49,488 nucleotides of DNA from an uncultured Fimbriimonas sp. (GTDB taxonomy: Bacteria > Armatimonadota > Fimbriimonadia > Fimbriimonadales > Fimbriimonadaceae): contig CAXTOO010000002.1 of NCBI GenBank assembly GCA_964245875.1, positions 1-49,488 on the forward strand, written 5' to 3'. The translations under genes were made by a program, and so were the position numbers. Shown here piece after piece: positions 1 through 10,986 of this stretch. The notes below the pieces were generated by a model. That model made no database searches, was not told the DNA's origin, and was given only the letters and a program-made list of their open reading frames with translations. The first letter of the stretch is position 1, and every line of letters starts with the position of its first letter.

Positions 1-1157
<1,157 letters not shown>

Positions 1158-1244
1158 AATTCTTTGGGATCACCCGCGATGGGAGTCCTCACGGGGCACG
1201 ACGATACGCGCGGCGTCCGAGGACTGACAAAGCGGGAAGTAAGT

Positions 1245-1274
1245 AGACTACCCCGCAAGTGTCGCAGGACGCAA
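1245..1274 (-). promoter_or_regulatory. Putative sigma70 promoter of rpoC
   Basis: Minus strand TTGCGT-N18-TAGTCT, about 90 nt upstream of the rpoC ATG. Confidence 0.35.
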
Positions 1275-1355
1275 CACCCAGAAGAATCGCAGGACGGATT
1301 CGGTAGGGGCTCGTGAGCTTCGAAGGGTGGTAAAAGTCGGGTTGGGAGGACGACC

Positions 1356-1388
1356 AAGGGCCGGCCCCCTGTTGTGGAACCGGCCCTC
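1356..1388 (-). terminator. Hairpin after PEP-CTERM gene, probable terminator
   Basis: AGGGCCGGTTCC-loop-GGGGCCGGCCCT inverted repeat just downstream of the stop at 1408; U-tract is weak. Confidence 0.5.
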
Positions 1389-1407
1389 GATAAGATCGCG
1401 GAGGGGC

Positions 1408-2280
1408 TTAGGCCTTCCTGCGTCGGCGCAGGAGGCCGATCGCGCCGAGGCCGAGGGCGCCGATGCTGGCGGGCTCGGGAACGGGGGCGATGGGATACCC
1501 CGTGCCCGAGGCGCTCGTCAGGGTGAAGCCTCCGACGGGATTGTCGTTCTCGTCGTAGAGTTGAACGCCGGAGAGGGTAGCGGTCGAGTCGAAGTCGGCT
1601 TCGCCGGAGAGGAACCCCGACTCGCCGAAGGTGTTCGGGTTGAACTGGCTGGAGGAGACGACGTTGATGGCTTGGCGGCGCGCGCCGTCGATGGCGTACT
1701 TCTGCGTCGTGACGTACTGCGCGATCTGTCCGCGGTTCGAGAGGTCGGCGTTGAGGTACTCGAAGTCGTTGTCGCCGATCTTCGCGCCGACGTACACGGA
1801 GAGGCTCGAGCCGGTCGCGGTGCCCTCGATAAAGAAGGTGTAGCTCGCCTTGTAGCCGGACATCGCGCTGCCACCGTAGGTGAGGATGTCGGTGAACCCG
1901 GCGAAGCCGAGGGTGCCGAAGTTTTCGGGCGAACCGTTCTCGTTTACGTTCTCGCCGTCGTAGTACAGGGGGTTGCTCTCGTTGCGATAGGCGCCGGTGA
2001 GGCTGCCCTTCGCGTAAGTGCGCATACGACCATAGTCGCCCTGCCCGGACGAGTAGGCGTCGAGGGTCATGGTGGCCTCCTCGCCTGCCTCGTTCAGGCC
2101 GTTAAAGGAACGGATGACGGACGTTTCGACGAAGGCGCCGGTGTTCGAGGCGCTGAAGTCGATCGGGTAAAGGCTGAAGTCACCGTTCGTGGCCCCGATG
2201 ATGGCCTGGGAGAAGCGGGTCTGGGCGCCGGACAGGGTAGCGAGGACGAGTGCGGCGGCGAATGCGTAGGTTCGATTCAT
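1408..2280 (-). CDS. PEP-CTERM sorting domain protein
   Basis: Signal peptide; C-terminal VPEPASIGALGLGAIGLLRRRRKA. Confidence 0.93.
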   Translation of the reverse strand: MNRTYAFAAALVLATLSGAQTRFSQAIIGATNGDFSLYPIDFSASNTGAFVETSVIRSFNGLNEAGEEATMTLDAYSSGQGDYGRMRTYAKGSLTGAYRNESNPLYYDGENVNENGSPENFGTLGFAGFTDILTYGGSAMSGYKASYTFFIEGTATGSSLSVYVGAKIGDNDFEYLNADLSNRGQIAQYVTTQKYAIDGARRQAINVVSSSQFNPNTFGESGFLSGEADFDSTATLSGVQLYDENDNPVGGFTLTSASGTGYPIAPVPEPASIGALGLGAIGLLRRRRKA

Positions 2281-2840
2281 GGCTTGGATCTCCGAGCGAA
2301 GCGGGGCGCGATAAAGGCTCCCCGACGATTCATCCTGACCAAGAGGGCGTACCCTGAGCGTATCCTAAGAGGTCTCCTCCGGCCAGAAGGGCCACCAGCC
2401 GGGACGCGATCCGTTCGCCGGTGACGCCCCCCCCGAACTGGATCTCCCGGACAGTCTTTCCGGCCGCCTCTCCGAAGTGTCGACGGGTGGGTGGCCCGAG
2501 CCCTGGGTGACGCTTTCTACTTGGATGGTTGGTACGGATCAAGGAGGGTCCGCCGAAGGAGGCTGCAAGAAGACCGTGGCGCAAAGTCCTTTGGAGCAGC
2601 CTCCCAGGTGGATAGGCTCGTGCCCCGCCGCTCCGTGCGTTCCGATAAGTCCGGCCTGCCGAGTGCCCAACGACGCACGCGCGTCTTTGTAGTCCGCGAT
2701 GAACTCTTTGAGCAAGCGAATCTGGTGGACGTACCCCGCGCCCGCGCTCGTCGACAGGGTCGGGTTCTCCGCCTCCAGCTGTGCGTGATGGGTACCGAGG
2801 CCCGCTTCGGCGTAGGATTAGACCGTAGAGGAAATTAGAA

Positions 2841-3125
2841 ATGAGCGCCACCACGATTGCCTTCCCCGCGAGCCTGACGCAAGCCTTGGCCGAAAGCCTG
2901 GGCGAGTCCGCCCTGCCCCGCTGGGCGGTCGAGGCGCTCGTTTTGGAAGGGGTGCGCGAAGGGCTGCTCTCCACCGGGGAGGCGGGCGAGTTCCTCGGCC
3001 TCGGCTACTTCCAAACCGAGGCGTTCCTCAAGGACAAGGGCGTGTCGCTCGTCGTCTCCGACGCAGACTTCGAGCAGGATCAGGCCGACCTGCGCGAGAT
3101 CGTTGCCCGTTCTGGCGGCGAATGA
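2841..3125 (+). CDS. UPF0175-family putative antitoxin
   Basis: 94 aa with LSTGEAGEFLGL HTH-like motif; ATGA overlap with the downstream PIN gene. Confidence 0.8.
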   Translation: MSATTIAFPASLTQALAESLGESALPRWAVEALVLEGVREGLLSTGEAGEFLGLGYFQTEAFLKDKGVSLVVSDADFEQDQADLREIVARSGGE

Positions 3126-3619
3126 TCGTCGTCACTGACAATGGCGCCCTCGGGCACCTGATCCAGATCGACCGTGCCGTCCTCCTTCCGCGTCTCTTCG
3201 GTCGCGTCCTCATTCCACCCGCCGTGATACGGGAGTTCGCCGTTTTCGAGACGCCCGAAGCCATTCGAATGTGGGTGGCCGCGAAGCCGCCATGGGCCGA
3301 GGTGGTCGCCCCGGTTGGTGAGCCGGATCTCCTTCGGCCCGGCGCGGGCGAGCGCGAGGCGATCCGGTTGACGAAGGAGAACGACGCGCTCCTGCTCTGC
3401 GACGACGCCCGTGCGATGAAGCGAGGACGCCGAGAAGGCCTGCTCGTCACCGGAACGCTCGGCGTCCTCCAGCAGGCCCATGCGAACGGATGGCTGGACA
3501 TTGCCCAAGAGATTGATCTGCTTCGTGTACATACAACGCTCAGACTCCCCGAAGACCGTTTGCAAACGATAGTAGCGAACGCTGAAGCGATGCGAATGGA
3601 CAGGTCGAGCCGGCGGTAG
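3122..3619 (+). CDS. DUF3368/PIN-domain putative toxin
   Basis: MIVVTD...IPPAVIRE...GAGEREAI...LLCDD...GTLGVL pattern. Confidence 0.85.
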   Translation: MIVVTDNGALGHLIQIDRAVLLPRLFGRVLIPPAVIREFAVFETPEAIRMWVAAKPPWAEVVAPVGEPDLLRPGAGEREAIRLTKENDALLLCDDARAMKRGRREGLLVTGTLGVLQQAHANGWLDIAQEIDLLRVHTTLRLPEDRLQTIVANAEAMRMDRSSRR

Positions 3620-3810
3620 CCCCCCTTATCCTTGGCGAGCGCCACGGGTGCAGGGAACGCCCTTGCTTTGGATAGAAGCATGGCGGCGGGTGGCTCGGGT
3701 CAAGGGGATGGCCCGTGCCCGTGGGGAGTTCGTCGCGCTCCGCTTGCCTTTATTGGGCACGGTTCGGAGGGTGGGAGAGCCGCCCGCCGGCGGATCGCGC
3801 CCGTCGACGC

Positions 3811-5418
3811 CTACGCCGCCCGTGCGAGCTCGCCCTTGCCCACCGCGGACAGGATCTCGGGAAGCGTCCTGAGGAAGGCGTCGACGACCGCCGGATCGAA
3901 GTGGCTTCCTGCGAGGCTCGCGATCTCCCGCACCGCCTCGTCGACGCGCCACGCCCGCTTGTAGGGGCGCTCGGCCGTGAGCGCGTCGAACACGTCGGCC
4001 ACCGCGACGATCCGCCCGACAAGGGGGATCGCCTCCGCTTTCAGCCCCGAGGGGTAGCCCGTGCCGTCCCAGCGCTCGTGGTGCGTCCGCGCGATCGTCT
4101 CCGCCATCTGGACGAGCGCCGTCTTCCCGCCCTGGAGCATCTTCGAGCCCTGGATCGCGTGGCAGCGCATGGCGAGGAACTCGTCCTCGTCGAGCCGCCC
4201 CGGCTTGAGAAGGATCGCGTCCGGCACTCCGATCTTGCCGATGTCGTGCATCGGCGTCGCCTGCCGGACCATTTCGCACTCGGCCTCGGTCATGCCGATC
4301 TCCCGGGCCAGAATGCCGCTCACCGCCGCCACGCGGACGACGTGCGCCCCCGTGTCGTCGTCGCGCGCCTCGGCGGCCAGGCCAAGCCGGCCGAGCATCT
4401 CGATCTGGGCGTCGTGCAGCTCTCGGGTCCGCGCGTCGACCTTGTCCTCGAGCGTCCGGTTCATCTCCCGAATCTCCGCCTCGGCCGCCTTCAGCGTCCC
4501 GATGTCGGTGATGATCCCCGCCCACTTCATGCGGCCGTCCTCCGTCATCTCCGGACGCGCGGTGGTCTGGATCCATCGCAGACCGCCCCATCGGCTCTGC
4601 ATCCGCCCCTGCCACAGGAAGGGCTCGAACGTGTGCCGGGATCGCTCGAACTGGGCGAGAAGGTCGGGCGCGTCCTCGGGGTGCAGGACCGTCTCCAACG
4701 CTTGGCCGAGCTCTCGGAACTCCCCCGCCTCCCTCCCGCAGAAGTCGCGGATCCCCTCGCTCATGAACGTGAAGCGGGTCTCCTCGTCAGCGCCCCTCTC
4801 CAGGCGGTACACCACGCCCGGGACCGTCGAGACGAGACTCATGTACTGCTCCTCCGAGCTTTTCAGCTCCTTGTACGCCGACCCGATCCGCAAATGGGAG
4901 CGGGTGAGCGCAAGCTCGTCCTGGACCACCGCCGCGAGGGCGGTGAGCGAGGCGACCCAAGCGGGGTCGGGATCGCGGGGCGTCTGGCCCAGGACGCACA
5001 GCGTCCCGAGCGGCAGGCCGTCCTCCTCGAAGAGCGGCACCCCCGCGTAGAAGCGCACCCCCAAGTTCTTGACTACGGGACACGCCGCAAAGGTCGGATC
5101 GGCGGCCATGTCGGGAATGACGAGCGCGTCCTTTCGGAGGATCGTGTAGCCGCAGGGGCCGTCGTCTTTGGGAATCCCCGGCAGGTCGGCGCCCACGCAC
5201 GCCTTGAAGAACGAGTAGCGCTCGTCGACGAGCGCGATGAGCACCACCGGGGCCTGCAGGAACGCCTGGGCCAGCTGGCAGAGCCGGTCGTACGCGGGTT
5301 CCGGGTCTGTGCCGAGGAGCTGGAGACCGCGCAGGACGGCCAGCCTTTCGTCCTCTCGCGGGTGGAGAGGGGCCGGACGCCAGACCGGCGAGACCGATGT
5401 AGACTCGATAGAAATCAT
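3811..5418 (-). CDS. GAF-PAS-HD-GYP c-di-GMP phosphodiesterase
   Basis: GAF (RFYAGVPL...GTLCV), PAS, HDIGK and HHERWDGTGYP motifs; start chosen at MISIES (uncertain). Confidence 0.9.
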   Translation of the reverse strand: MISIESTSVSPVWRPAPLHPREDERLAVLRGLQLLGTDPEPAYDRLCQLAQAFLQAPVVLIALVDERYSFFKACVGADLPGIPKDDGPCGYTILRKDALVIPDMAADPTFAACPVVKNLGVRFYAGVPLFEEDGLPLGTLCVLGQTPRDPDPAWVASLTALAAVVQDELALTRSHLRIGSAYKELKSSEEQYMSLVSTVPGVVYRLERGADEETRFTFMSEGIRDFCGREAGEFRELGQALETVLHPEDAPDLLAQFERSRHTFEPFLWQGRMQSRWGGLRWIQTTARPEMTEDGRMKWAGIITDIGTLKAAEAEIREMNRTLEDKVDARTRELHDAQIEMLGRLGLAAEARDDDTGAHVVRVAAVSGILAREIGMTEAECEMVRQATPMHDIGKIGVPDAILLKPGRLDEDEFLAMRCHAIQGSKMLQGGKTALVQMAETIARTHHERWDGTGYPSGLKAEAIPLVGRIVAVADVFDALTAERPYKRAWRVDEAVREIASLAGSHFDPAVVDAFLRTLPEILSAVGKGELARAA

Positions 5419-5697
5419 GCGACTGTCGCAAACATTCCGCCCGTTCGCAAGCCGCCGCCTGGCAGTTTTACCGTGTTCTGAGTTCGACGTGGCCGACGGG
5501 TGGCCGGGGTTTTCCGACACGACGTGGAGGGCACGGAAAGAGGACAAGACTCCGTTTCAGGTTGCGGGCGCCTTCCGCAGCGAGCCCGCGAACGCCGGAT
5601 GCCGACGGCCGGACAAGGCGGGCCGAGGGTTTTGTCAGACGCCCTAAGAAGCTTCGCAATCGTTCTTTGGACTCGAAGACGTCCGACGGCCGCCACA

Positions 5698-8460
5698 CTA
5701 CACCAAGGCCGCGCCCCCCGTTCCGAGAAGCTCCTCTTCCTCCTCCTCGACCCAGGCCTGCACGACGTTGCGACCGTTCGCCTTGGCTCGATAGAGCGCG
5801 CGGTCGGCCTGGGCGACCAAGGTCGCCGCGTCCGCGTCGATCTCGCGCATCGGAGCACAGCCGAAGCTCGCGGTGATCGGACCATAAGCCCAACGCTCCG
5901 ACTCGATCGCCAGCCTCAGCTTCTCACAAAGGGCCATCGCGCCCGCCAGATCGGTCGCGGACAGGATGAGTGCGAACTCCTCCCCCCCGTAGCGGGCGAC
6001 GAAGTCGCCCCGACGCGCGTTCGTCCTGAGCAACGTCCCAAGCCGTTCGAGCAGCTGGTCGCCCGCAGGATGGCCGTAGGTGTCGTTGAACTGCTTGAAG
6101 TGGTCCACGTCGAGAAGCGCCACCGTCAGGCTCCGCCCGTGACGGGTCGAGAGCGCGACGTCGAACTTCAGACGCTCCTGGAACGAGTGGTGGTTCTTCA
6201 GCCCCGTCAGGCCGTCGAGGCTCGCCAGCTCGGAAAGCCTCAAGTTCGCCTGCTGGAGCTCCTCCTGCCGAATCTCCAGCTCGATGTGCGCGACATGAAG
6301 CATCCGCACCTGCTCGTCGAGCTGGCTCTGGAACTGAGACTCCACCGTCACGTCCCGCACCGTCCCCATCGACTTGGCGAAGTTCCCCTCGCCGTCCACG
6401 ATGGACTGGGCGGTGTTGTGGATGTGGATCGTCCGCCCGGATTCCGTCACAACCCGGAAACGGACGTCCAGCGGGGTTCCGTTGCGGCGGCATCGGTCCC
6501 TTCGCGCCCGATAGGTGCCCACATCCTCGGGGTGAACGAGCGCGGCGAGTCGGTCGGGCGAAACGGGCCCCTCCGGCGGCACCTCGAACATCTCGTGCAT
6601 GGAGCAAGACCACGTCGCCATGCCCGAAGCGGGGTCCAGCTGGTAGCTCCCCACCTTTCCCAGGCGCTCGGCCTGGTTCAGCCGCTCCTCGCGCTCCTCC
6701 AGGGCAAGGTGGACCATCTTGGCGTCGTGGACGTCCCGGACGCTCGCGACGATCATCTCCCCCACGGCGTGGGCCTGGTAGTGGACCCAACGGCCACGAA
6801 GCCCCTCCGATTCGGAAAGCAGCTCTTCTTGAAAAATCTCCCCGGTCCGAAGCAGGCGAAGGTACCGCCCTTGAACGAAGCGCCAGCCTTCGGTGTCGCT
6901 GATCTGGCTCATCCGCGCCCCGACGATCTCCTTCTGCGTCCGCGCCAGGTACTGCTCGGCCTTGGTGTTGGCGAACTCGAAGACGAAGTCCACGATCTCA
7001 CCCGCCTCGTCCCGGTGCGGGCGCAGGATCATGAGGATGTCGAAGCCCGTCTCCGCCGCCGCCCGGAGCTTCTGCTCCGCTTCCCAAAGCGGAGTGATGT
7101 CCAGCGCCACCCCGCCCATCAGCTTTTGGCCGTCTTCGCCGCTGAACAGGAACCGATGCGAGAGGAAGCGGCGATCCCCCAGCAGCGTCGGCTGGATCTC
7201 GATGGCCTCCCGCGAGCGGCCGGTCTCGAACACGACGCGGTCGTTCTCCTCGTTCTGGCGAGCCGCCTTGATGGGGAGGAACTCGTCGTCGCGCTTGCCG
7301 ATGAGCGACTGACCCGACTTCCCGAAGACGCCCCCGAAACGCTTGTTGGCGTAGGTGAGCCGCCCTTCCGCGTCCTTGGCGAACGCCGCCGCCGGCAGGT
7401 GGTCCATGAACGAGCGGAACCGCTCGTCCTTCGCCTTAACCTCGTTCTCGAGCCGTCGCTGGAGGGTGATGTCGATCCCCGTCTTGATGACGAACTCGAC
7501 CGCACCGTCGGCGTCCAGCAACGCCGTGTTGGACCACGAGAGGAGGAGCTCGCTCCCGTCATGCCGCACCCATGAGTTCTCCTTCTCGTTGGGAAAGCCC
7601 CCCGCGCGGGGCTCGATGAACAACTCGCGGACGGTGGGTCGGTCTTGCTCCGCCACGAGAAGATCGAAGAGGCTCCGACCGATCAGCTCGGCCTGGGAAT
7701 ACCCCGTCGCGACCTCGCAGGTCCGGTTGAACAGAACGATGTTTCCCAGCCGGTCGAGCACGATCACGAGACACCCGGCGATGTTCAGGATGGCGGCGTT
7801 GAAGTCGTGCGCCCGCAGGAGACGCCGCTCGGCCTTCCGCCGGTCGGTGACGTCCTCGACCGTTCCCACCGTGCCGATGAGGTGGCCGTCGATCTTCATC
7901 GCGGAAGCGGTCACCCGGCACAACGTGATCGTGCCGTCGGGCCGGAGGTATCGGATGTCCGAGAGCGAGGACTCCGGCTTCGGATGGCTGGCGCTGTCGG
8001 AGTCGGCCCTTTCGCGATCCTCCGGATGGATCGCCTTCAGCCATCCCCTGCCCATCGCCTCCTCCGCCGTCCTCCCGGCGATGCGCTGCCACTCTTCGTT
8101 GACGTAAAGACACTCCCCGGTCGAAGAGGCGACGAACATCCCGATCGGCGCGACCGAGGCGATCGCGAGAAACCGCTGCTCCGCTTGGCGTCGGTGCGCG
8201 TTCTCCGCCACGAGACGCTCGTTCTCCGACGCGCTCGCCTCGAGGGCGCGCGCGGCGCCCTCCTCGACCAGGCGGGCGATCAGCTCCGCCCGAGTGGTGC
8301 TGCCGACCTTCGTGCGGATGCGGTGCCAAGAGGTGCGGACCGTCTCGAACGCCACCCCCATCTCCTTGGCGACCTCCTTGTCCCCCATGCCTGACATCGA
8401 GAGCAGGAGAACGCGCTCCTCTTGCTTTGAAAGGGAGAGCTTGCTGAGGATTTTTCCCAT
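5698..8460 (-). CDS. LuxR-HTH / multi-PAS / GGDEF diguanylate cyclase
   Basis: N-terminal LuxR-type HTH, several PAS/PAC repeats, SLDGLTG...DVDHFK...RRGD-FVARY-GGEEF (intact active site and RxxD I-site). Confidence 0.92.
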   Translation of the reverse strand: MGKILSKLSLSKQEERVLLLSMSGMGDKEVAKEMGVAFETVRTSWHRIRTKVGSTTRAELIARLVEEGAARALEASASENERLVAENAHRRQAEQRFLAIASVAPIGMFVASSTGECLYVNEEWQRIAGRTAEEAMGRGWLKAIHPEDRERADSDSASHPKPESSLSDIRYLRPDGTITLCRVTASAMKIDGHLIGTVGTVEDVTDRRKAERRLLRAHDFNAAILNIAGCLVIVLDRLGNIVLFNRTCEVATGYSQAELIGRSLFDLLVAEQDRPTVRELFIEPRAGGFPNEKENSWVRHDGSELLLSWSNTALLDADGAVEFVIKTGIDITLQRRLENEVKAKDERFRSFMDHLPAAAFAKDAEGRLTYANKRFGGVFGKSGQSLIGKRDDEFLPIKAARQNEENDRVVFETGRSREAIEIQPTLLGDRRFLSHRFLFSGEDGQKLMGGVALDITPLWEAEQKLRAAAETGFDILMILRPHRDEAGEIVDFVFEFANTKAEQYLARTQKEIVGARMSQISDTEGWRFVQGRYLRLLRTGEIFQEELLSESEGLRGRWVHYQAHAVGEMIVASVRDVHDAKMVHLALEEREERLNQAERLGKVGSYQLDPASGMATWSCSMHEMFEVPPEGPVSPDRLAALVHPEDVGTYRARRDRCRRNGTPLDVRFRVVTESGRTIHIHNTAQSIVDGEGNFAKSMGTVRDVTVESQFQSQLDEQVRMLHVAHIELEIRQEELQQANLRLSELASLDGLTGLKNHHSFQERLKFDVALSTRHGRSLTVALLDVDHFKQFNDTYGHPAGDQLLERLGTLLRTNARRGDFVARYGGEEFALILSATDLAGAMALCEKLRLAIESERWAYGPITASFGCAPMREIDADAATLVAQADRALYRAKANGRNVVQAWVEEEEEELLGTGGAALV

Positions 8461-8792
8461 GGATGGCTTAGGCGCGTCATCGGGCCTTGTCTCATGGTTC
8501 GGAGACTCGCGGAAGGGGCGTCAGTCCCCGTTTAAGTTTGTGGCCCCATGAGGGGACGCGGCGAGACGTCTTGCCTACCGAACTCGACACCTCGCCACCA
8601 TCCCCGTGGCCGCGGGATGCCCCGTGCCCGCGCGGGCGGGTACGGGGATTCAGACCCCTCGCCCCCTAGCGGTGGCGTGGACGAAGGTCGATTCATCGGC
8701 AAGGGTCTCCTCGGCGCCCCCAGGGGTTCATCCGGTGAGCCTCACGTCGGCGAGAGGTCATGCGACGCCCGCAAGGATTCGCCAGGCAGCGC

Positions 8793-9440
8793 CTAGTCCG
8801 CGAAAACGTGGATCGTGGTCGTGACGAGGAGCAGGGTCGATTCCGGCATCGGGCCTGCGACCGCGTTCGCCGTGCGGAGCAGGTTGCGATACTCCCCGGG
8901 CACCCCGGCGCGCGTCTCGATGGGCGTGAGCGCGCGCAGGTTCGGACCCTGCCGCAGGAAACGCTCGAAGCGACCCCGGTCGGGAGCCCAGATGCAGGTG
9001 AGCAGCTGCGCGAGGGTGACCCCCTCGGCGCGAGGGCACAGGCCGAAGAACCGCGCTCCCACATCGTCGAGCAAGACCTTCCCGGATCGAGGCTGGAACA
9101 CCCAGGTGGCGACGCGCTCTCTCATGAGCGCCTCCACGAGCCGCCCGCGCAGATCCGAAGGCTTCACCGGGGCGCTGCCGTCCGAGGCGAGCACGATCGC
9201 GTGGGTCCGGTTCGTCGCCCCGAGCTTGTCGCGAATGCGCAGCCAGCACACGCGCAGCGTCGAGACGGTCATCCCAAGATCGCTCGCGATCTCCTGGTCC
9301 GTCGCGCCCCGCTTCGCGCGGGCGATGACCTCGTTCTCGATCGCGTTGAGGGCGGTGGTCTCCTTTTCAAGATTACCGAGGGTAGCGGTGCTCATGGTGA
9401 GTTGCTCGGACGACGGTACTTTCGTCAGTCCCAAATCCAT
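8793..9440 (-). CDS. LuxR-HTH protein with C-terminal PAS-like domain
   Basis: LNAIENEVI...GATDQEIASDLGMTVSTLRVCWLRIRDKLG; start could be 9395. Confidence 0.8.
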   Translation of the reverse strand: MDLGLTKVPSSEQLTMSTATLGNLEKETTALNAIENEVIARAKRGATDQEIASDLGMTVSTLRVCWLRIRDKLGATNRTHAIVLASDGSAPVKPSDLRGRLVEALMRERVATWVFQPRSGKVLLDDVGARFFGLCPRAEGVTLAQLLTCIWAPDRGRFERFLRQGPNLRALTPIETRAGVPGEYRNLLRTANAVAGPMPESTLLLVTTTIHVFAD

Positions 9441-9954
9441 TTTATCCGAAGAGACCTAAATTTTTTGTAATGGCTTTCGACTACTCCGCCGCCTCGTCAC
9501 GGGTCGGGGAACACCAAGGACCGCCACGCCCCGGCGTGGCTCCGGATCCAGAACGAAGCATTAACCCCAAGGCACCAACCCAGCCTGTGCGCCCTCCCAG
9601 AAACCTTTGTCAGGCGCTCTGAAAGCCAGTGCAGAAAAGGTAGGGCTTCCCCGTGGACGTCGAATGCGCTCGTGCCGACGCGGGACCTTGGGAGCCACCC
9701 GCTCGACCACCGGGCTCGCGGCCACACCCCCTTCGACTCAATCCTCCACAAGGTCGTCGCGCTCCTCGAGGCGGCGCGACGCGACATCCCCAACGTCCAC
9801 TACGTGCCGAGAAGCCGTCCGCTCAGTCGCCTTCCATGTGGTGAGGGCCGGCTAGACAAGGCAAAGACCACGGAGACACAGGGGATTCCCCGTATCTCCG
9901 TGGCCTATCCGGCGAGCCTCGCGGCGCGGAGACCAGGCGGTGTCCGGCGAATCG

Positions 9955-10002
9955 GTTCCCCTCTCCCCTCCGGGGGAGAGGGGAGAGGGGTCCGGGAACC
10001 CG
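9955..10002. repeat. Palindromic CCCTCTCCC/GGGAGAGGG REP-like element
   Basis: cccctctcccctccgggggagaggggagagggg; its tail GAGGG(G)TCCGGGAACC recurs near 38416. Confidence 0.6.
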
Positions 10003-10119
10003 ACGAAAGCCGCCCGCCCAAGGGCGCGGGCGGCGGCACAGGGGAATCGAACGCCTGCGAGGCTTCACCGGACAAGGCCTAAAAGGCCATCGAGAGCCTC
10101 CGATGTCCGCAAGAACCCG

Positions 10120-10986
10120 TTACCCACCCTTCCCCACGATGCTCACCGTCCGTGGGCGCAAGTCCAGCGCCTGCGGCTCGTTGCCGTCGCGCAGCCTGTC
10201 CTTCAGATCTGCGGCGGGCGGCTCGGAGTCGCCCCTCGCCTGGCGAGGAATCAAGATGGTCACCCGACGGTTGCTGAAGTCGTACGGCCTGTCCGGCTTC
10301 TCCAGCTTCGTCGGACCGTACCCCACGACCTGCGTGAACTGCTTCTCCGCGCACCCGTCGGCCTGGAGCCGCTCCATGAGCGCCGTCGCGCGGGCCGACG
10401 AAAGGCCGAAGTTGCCGCCGGGACCGGCGCAGGGCGCGGCGTCGGTGTGGCCCTCGACGATCATGGGCTTGCCCGAGGCGGCCAAGACCGGCGCGAGGCG
10501 AGCGATGATCGCCCGCGCGGCGGGACGGATCACCGCGCTCCCGCTCTCGAAGAACACCGCGCCCTGCGCCTCGATCAACTCGATCTGGAGCCCTTCCGAG
10601 GTGAGGGTCACCTTCACGTTCTTGCCGAGGTCCCCGATGCCCTTCGCCTGCGACAGCTCGGACCTGACCTTTTGCTCCGCCTTCTCGAAGGCGCGCTGCT
10701 CCAACTCGTACGCCCGGTCGCCCTTCGTCGGCTTGCCCGAGACCGCGGAAGAGATCGGGATGACCGACTTCGAGCGCGCCTCGTTCTTCATGAAGCCGAT
10801 CGGATCGTTGAAGTAGCCCTGGACGCTCTTGCGCGTCTGCTCCGACAGGCCCATGATCCACATGACCATGAAGAACGCCATCATGGCGGTCACGAAGTCG
10901 GCGTAGGCCACCTTCCACGAACCGCCGTGGTGGGCGGCGTGGCCGCCCTTCTTGACCTTCTTGATGATGATCGGCTGCGCGCTCAC
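10120..10986 (-). CDS. motB: Flagellar motor stator protein MotB
   Basis: HGGSWKVAYADFVTAMMAFF, OmpA-like domain EGHTD...NFGLSSARA...NRRVTI. Confidence 0.96.
   Translation of the reverse strand: MSAQPIIIKKVKKGGHAAHHGGSWKVAYADFVTAMMAFFMVMWIMGLSEQTRKSVQGYFNDPIGFMKNEARSKSVIPISSAVSGKPTKGDRAYELEQRAFEKAEQKVRSELSQAKGIGDLGKNVKVTLTSEGLQIELIEAQGAVFFESGSAVIRPAARAIIARLAPVLAASGKPMIVEGHTDAAPCAGPGGNFGLSSARATALMERLQADGCAEKQFTQVVGYGPTKLEKPDRPYDFSNRRVTILIPRQARGDSEPPAADLKDRLRDGNEPQALDLRPRTVSIVGKGG

Noticed and set aside
2300-2830. Possible gene or gene remnant between the PEP-CTERM gene and the TA pair
   Set aside because: No frame has a recognisable motif or convincing start, so it cannot be supported without a search.
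8461-8792. Possible c-di-GMP riboswitch upstream of the GGDEF gene
   Set aside because: GC hairpins are present, but I could not identify class I or II consensus elements.
9653-10082. 136-aa ORF with a short coding-like stretch
   Set aside because: It runs into a REP-like palindrome and has no identifiable domain; at most a fragment.
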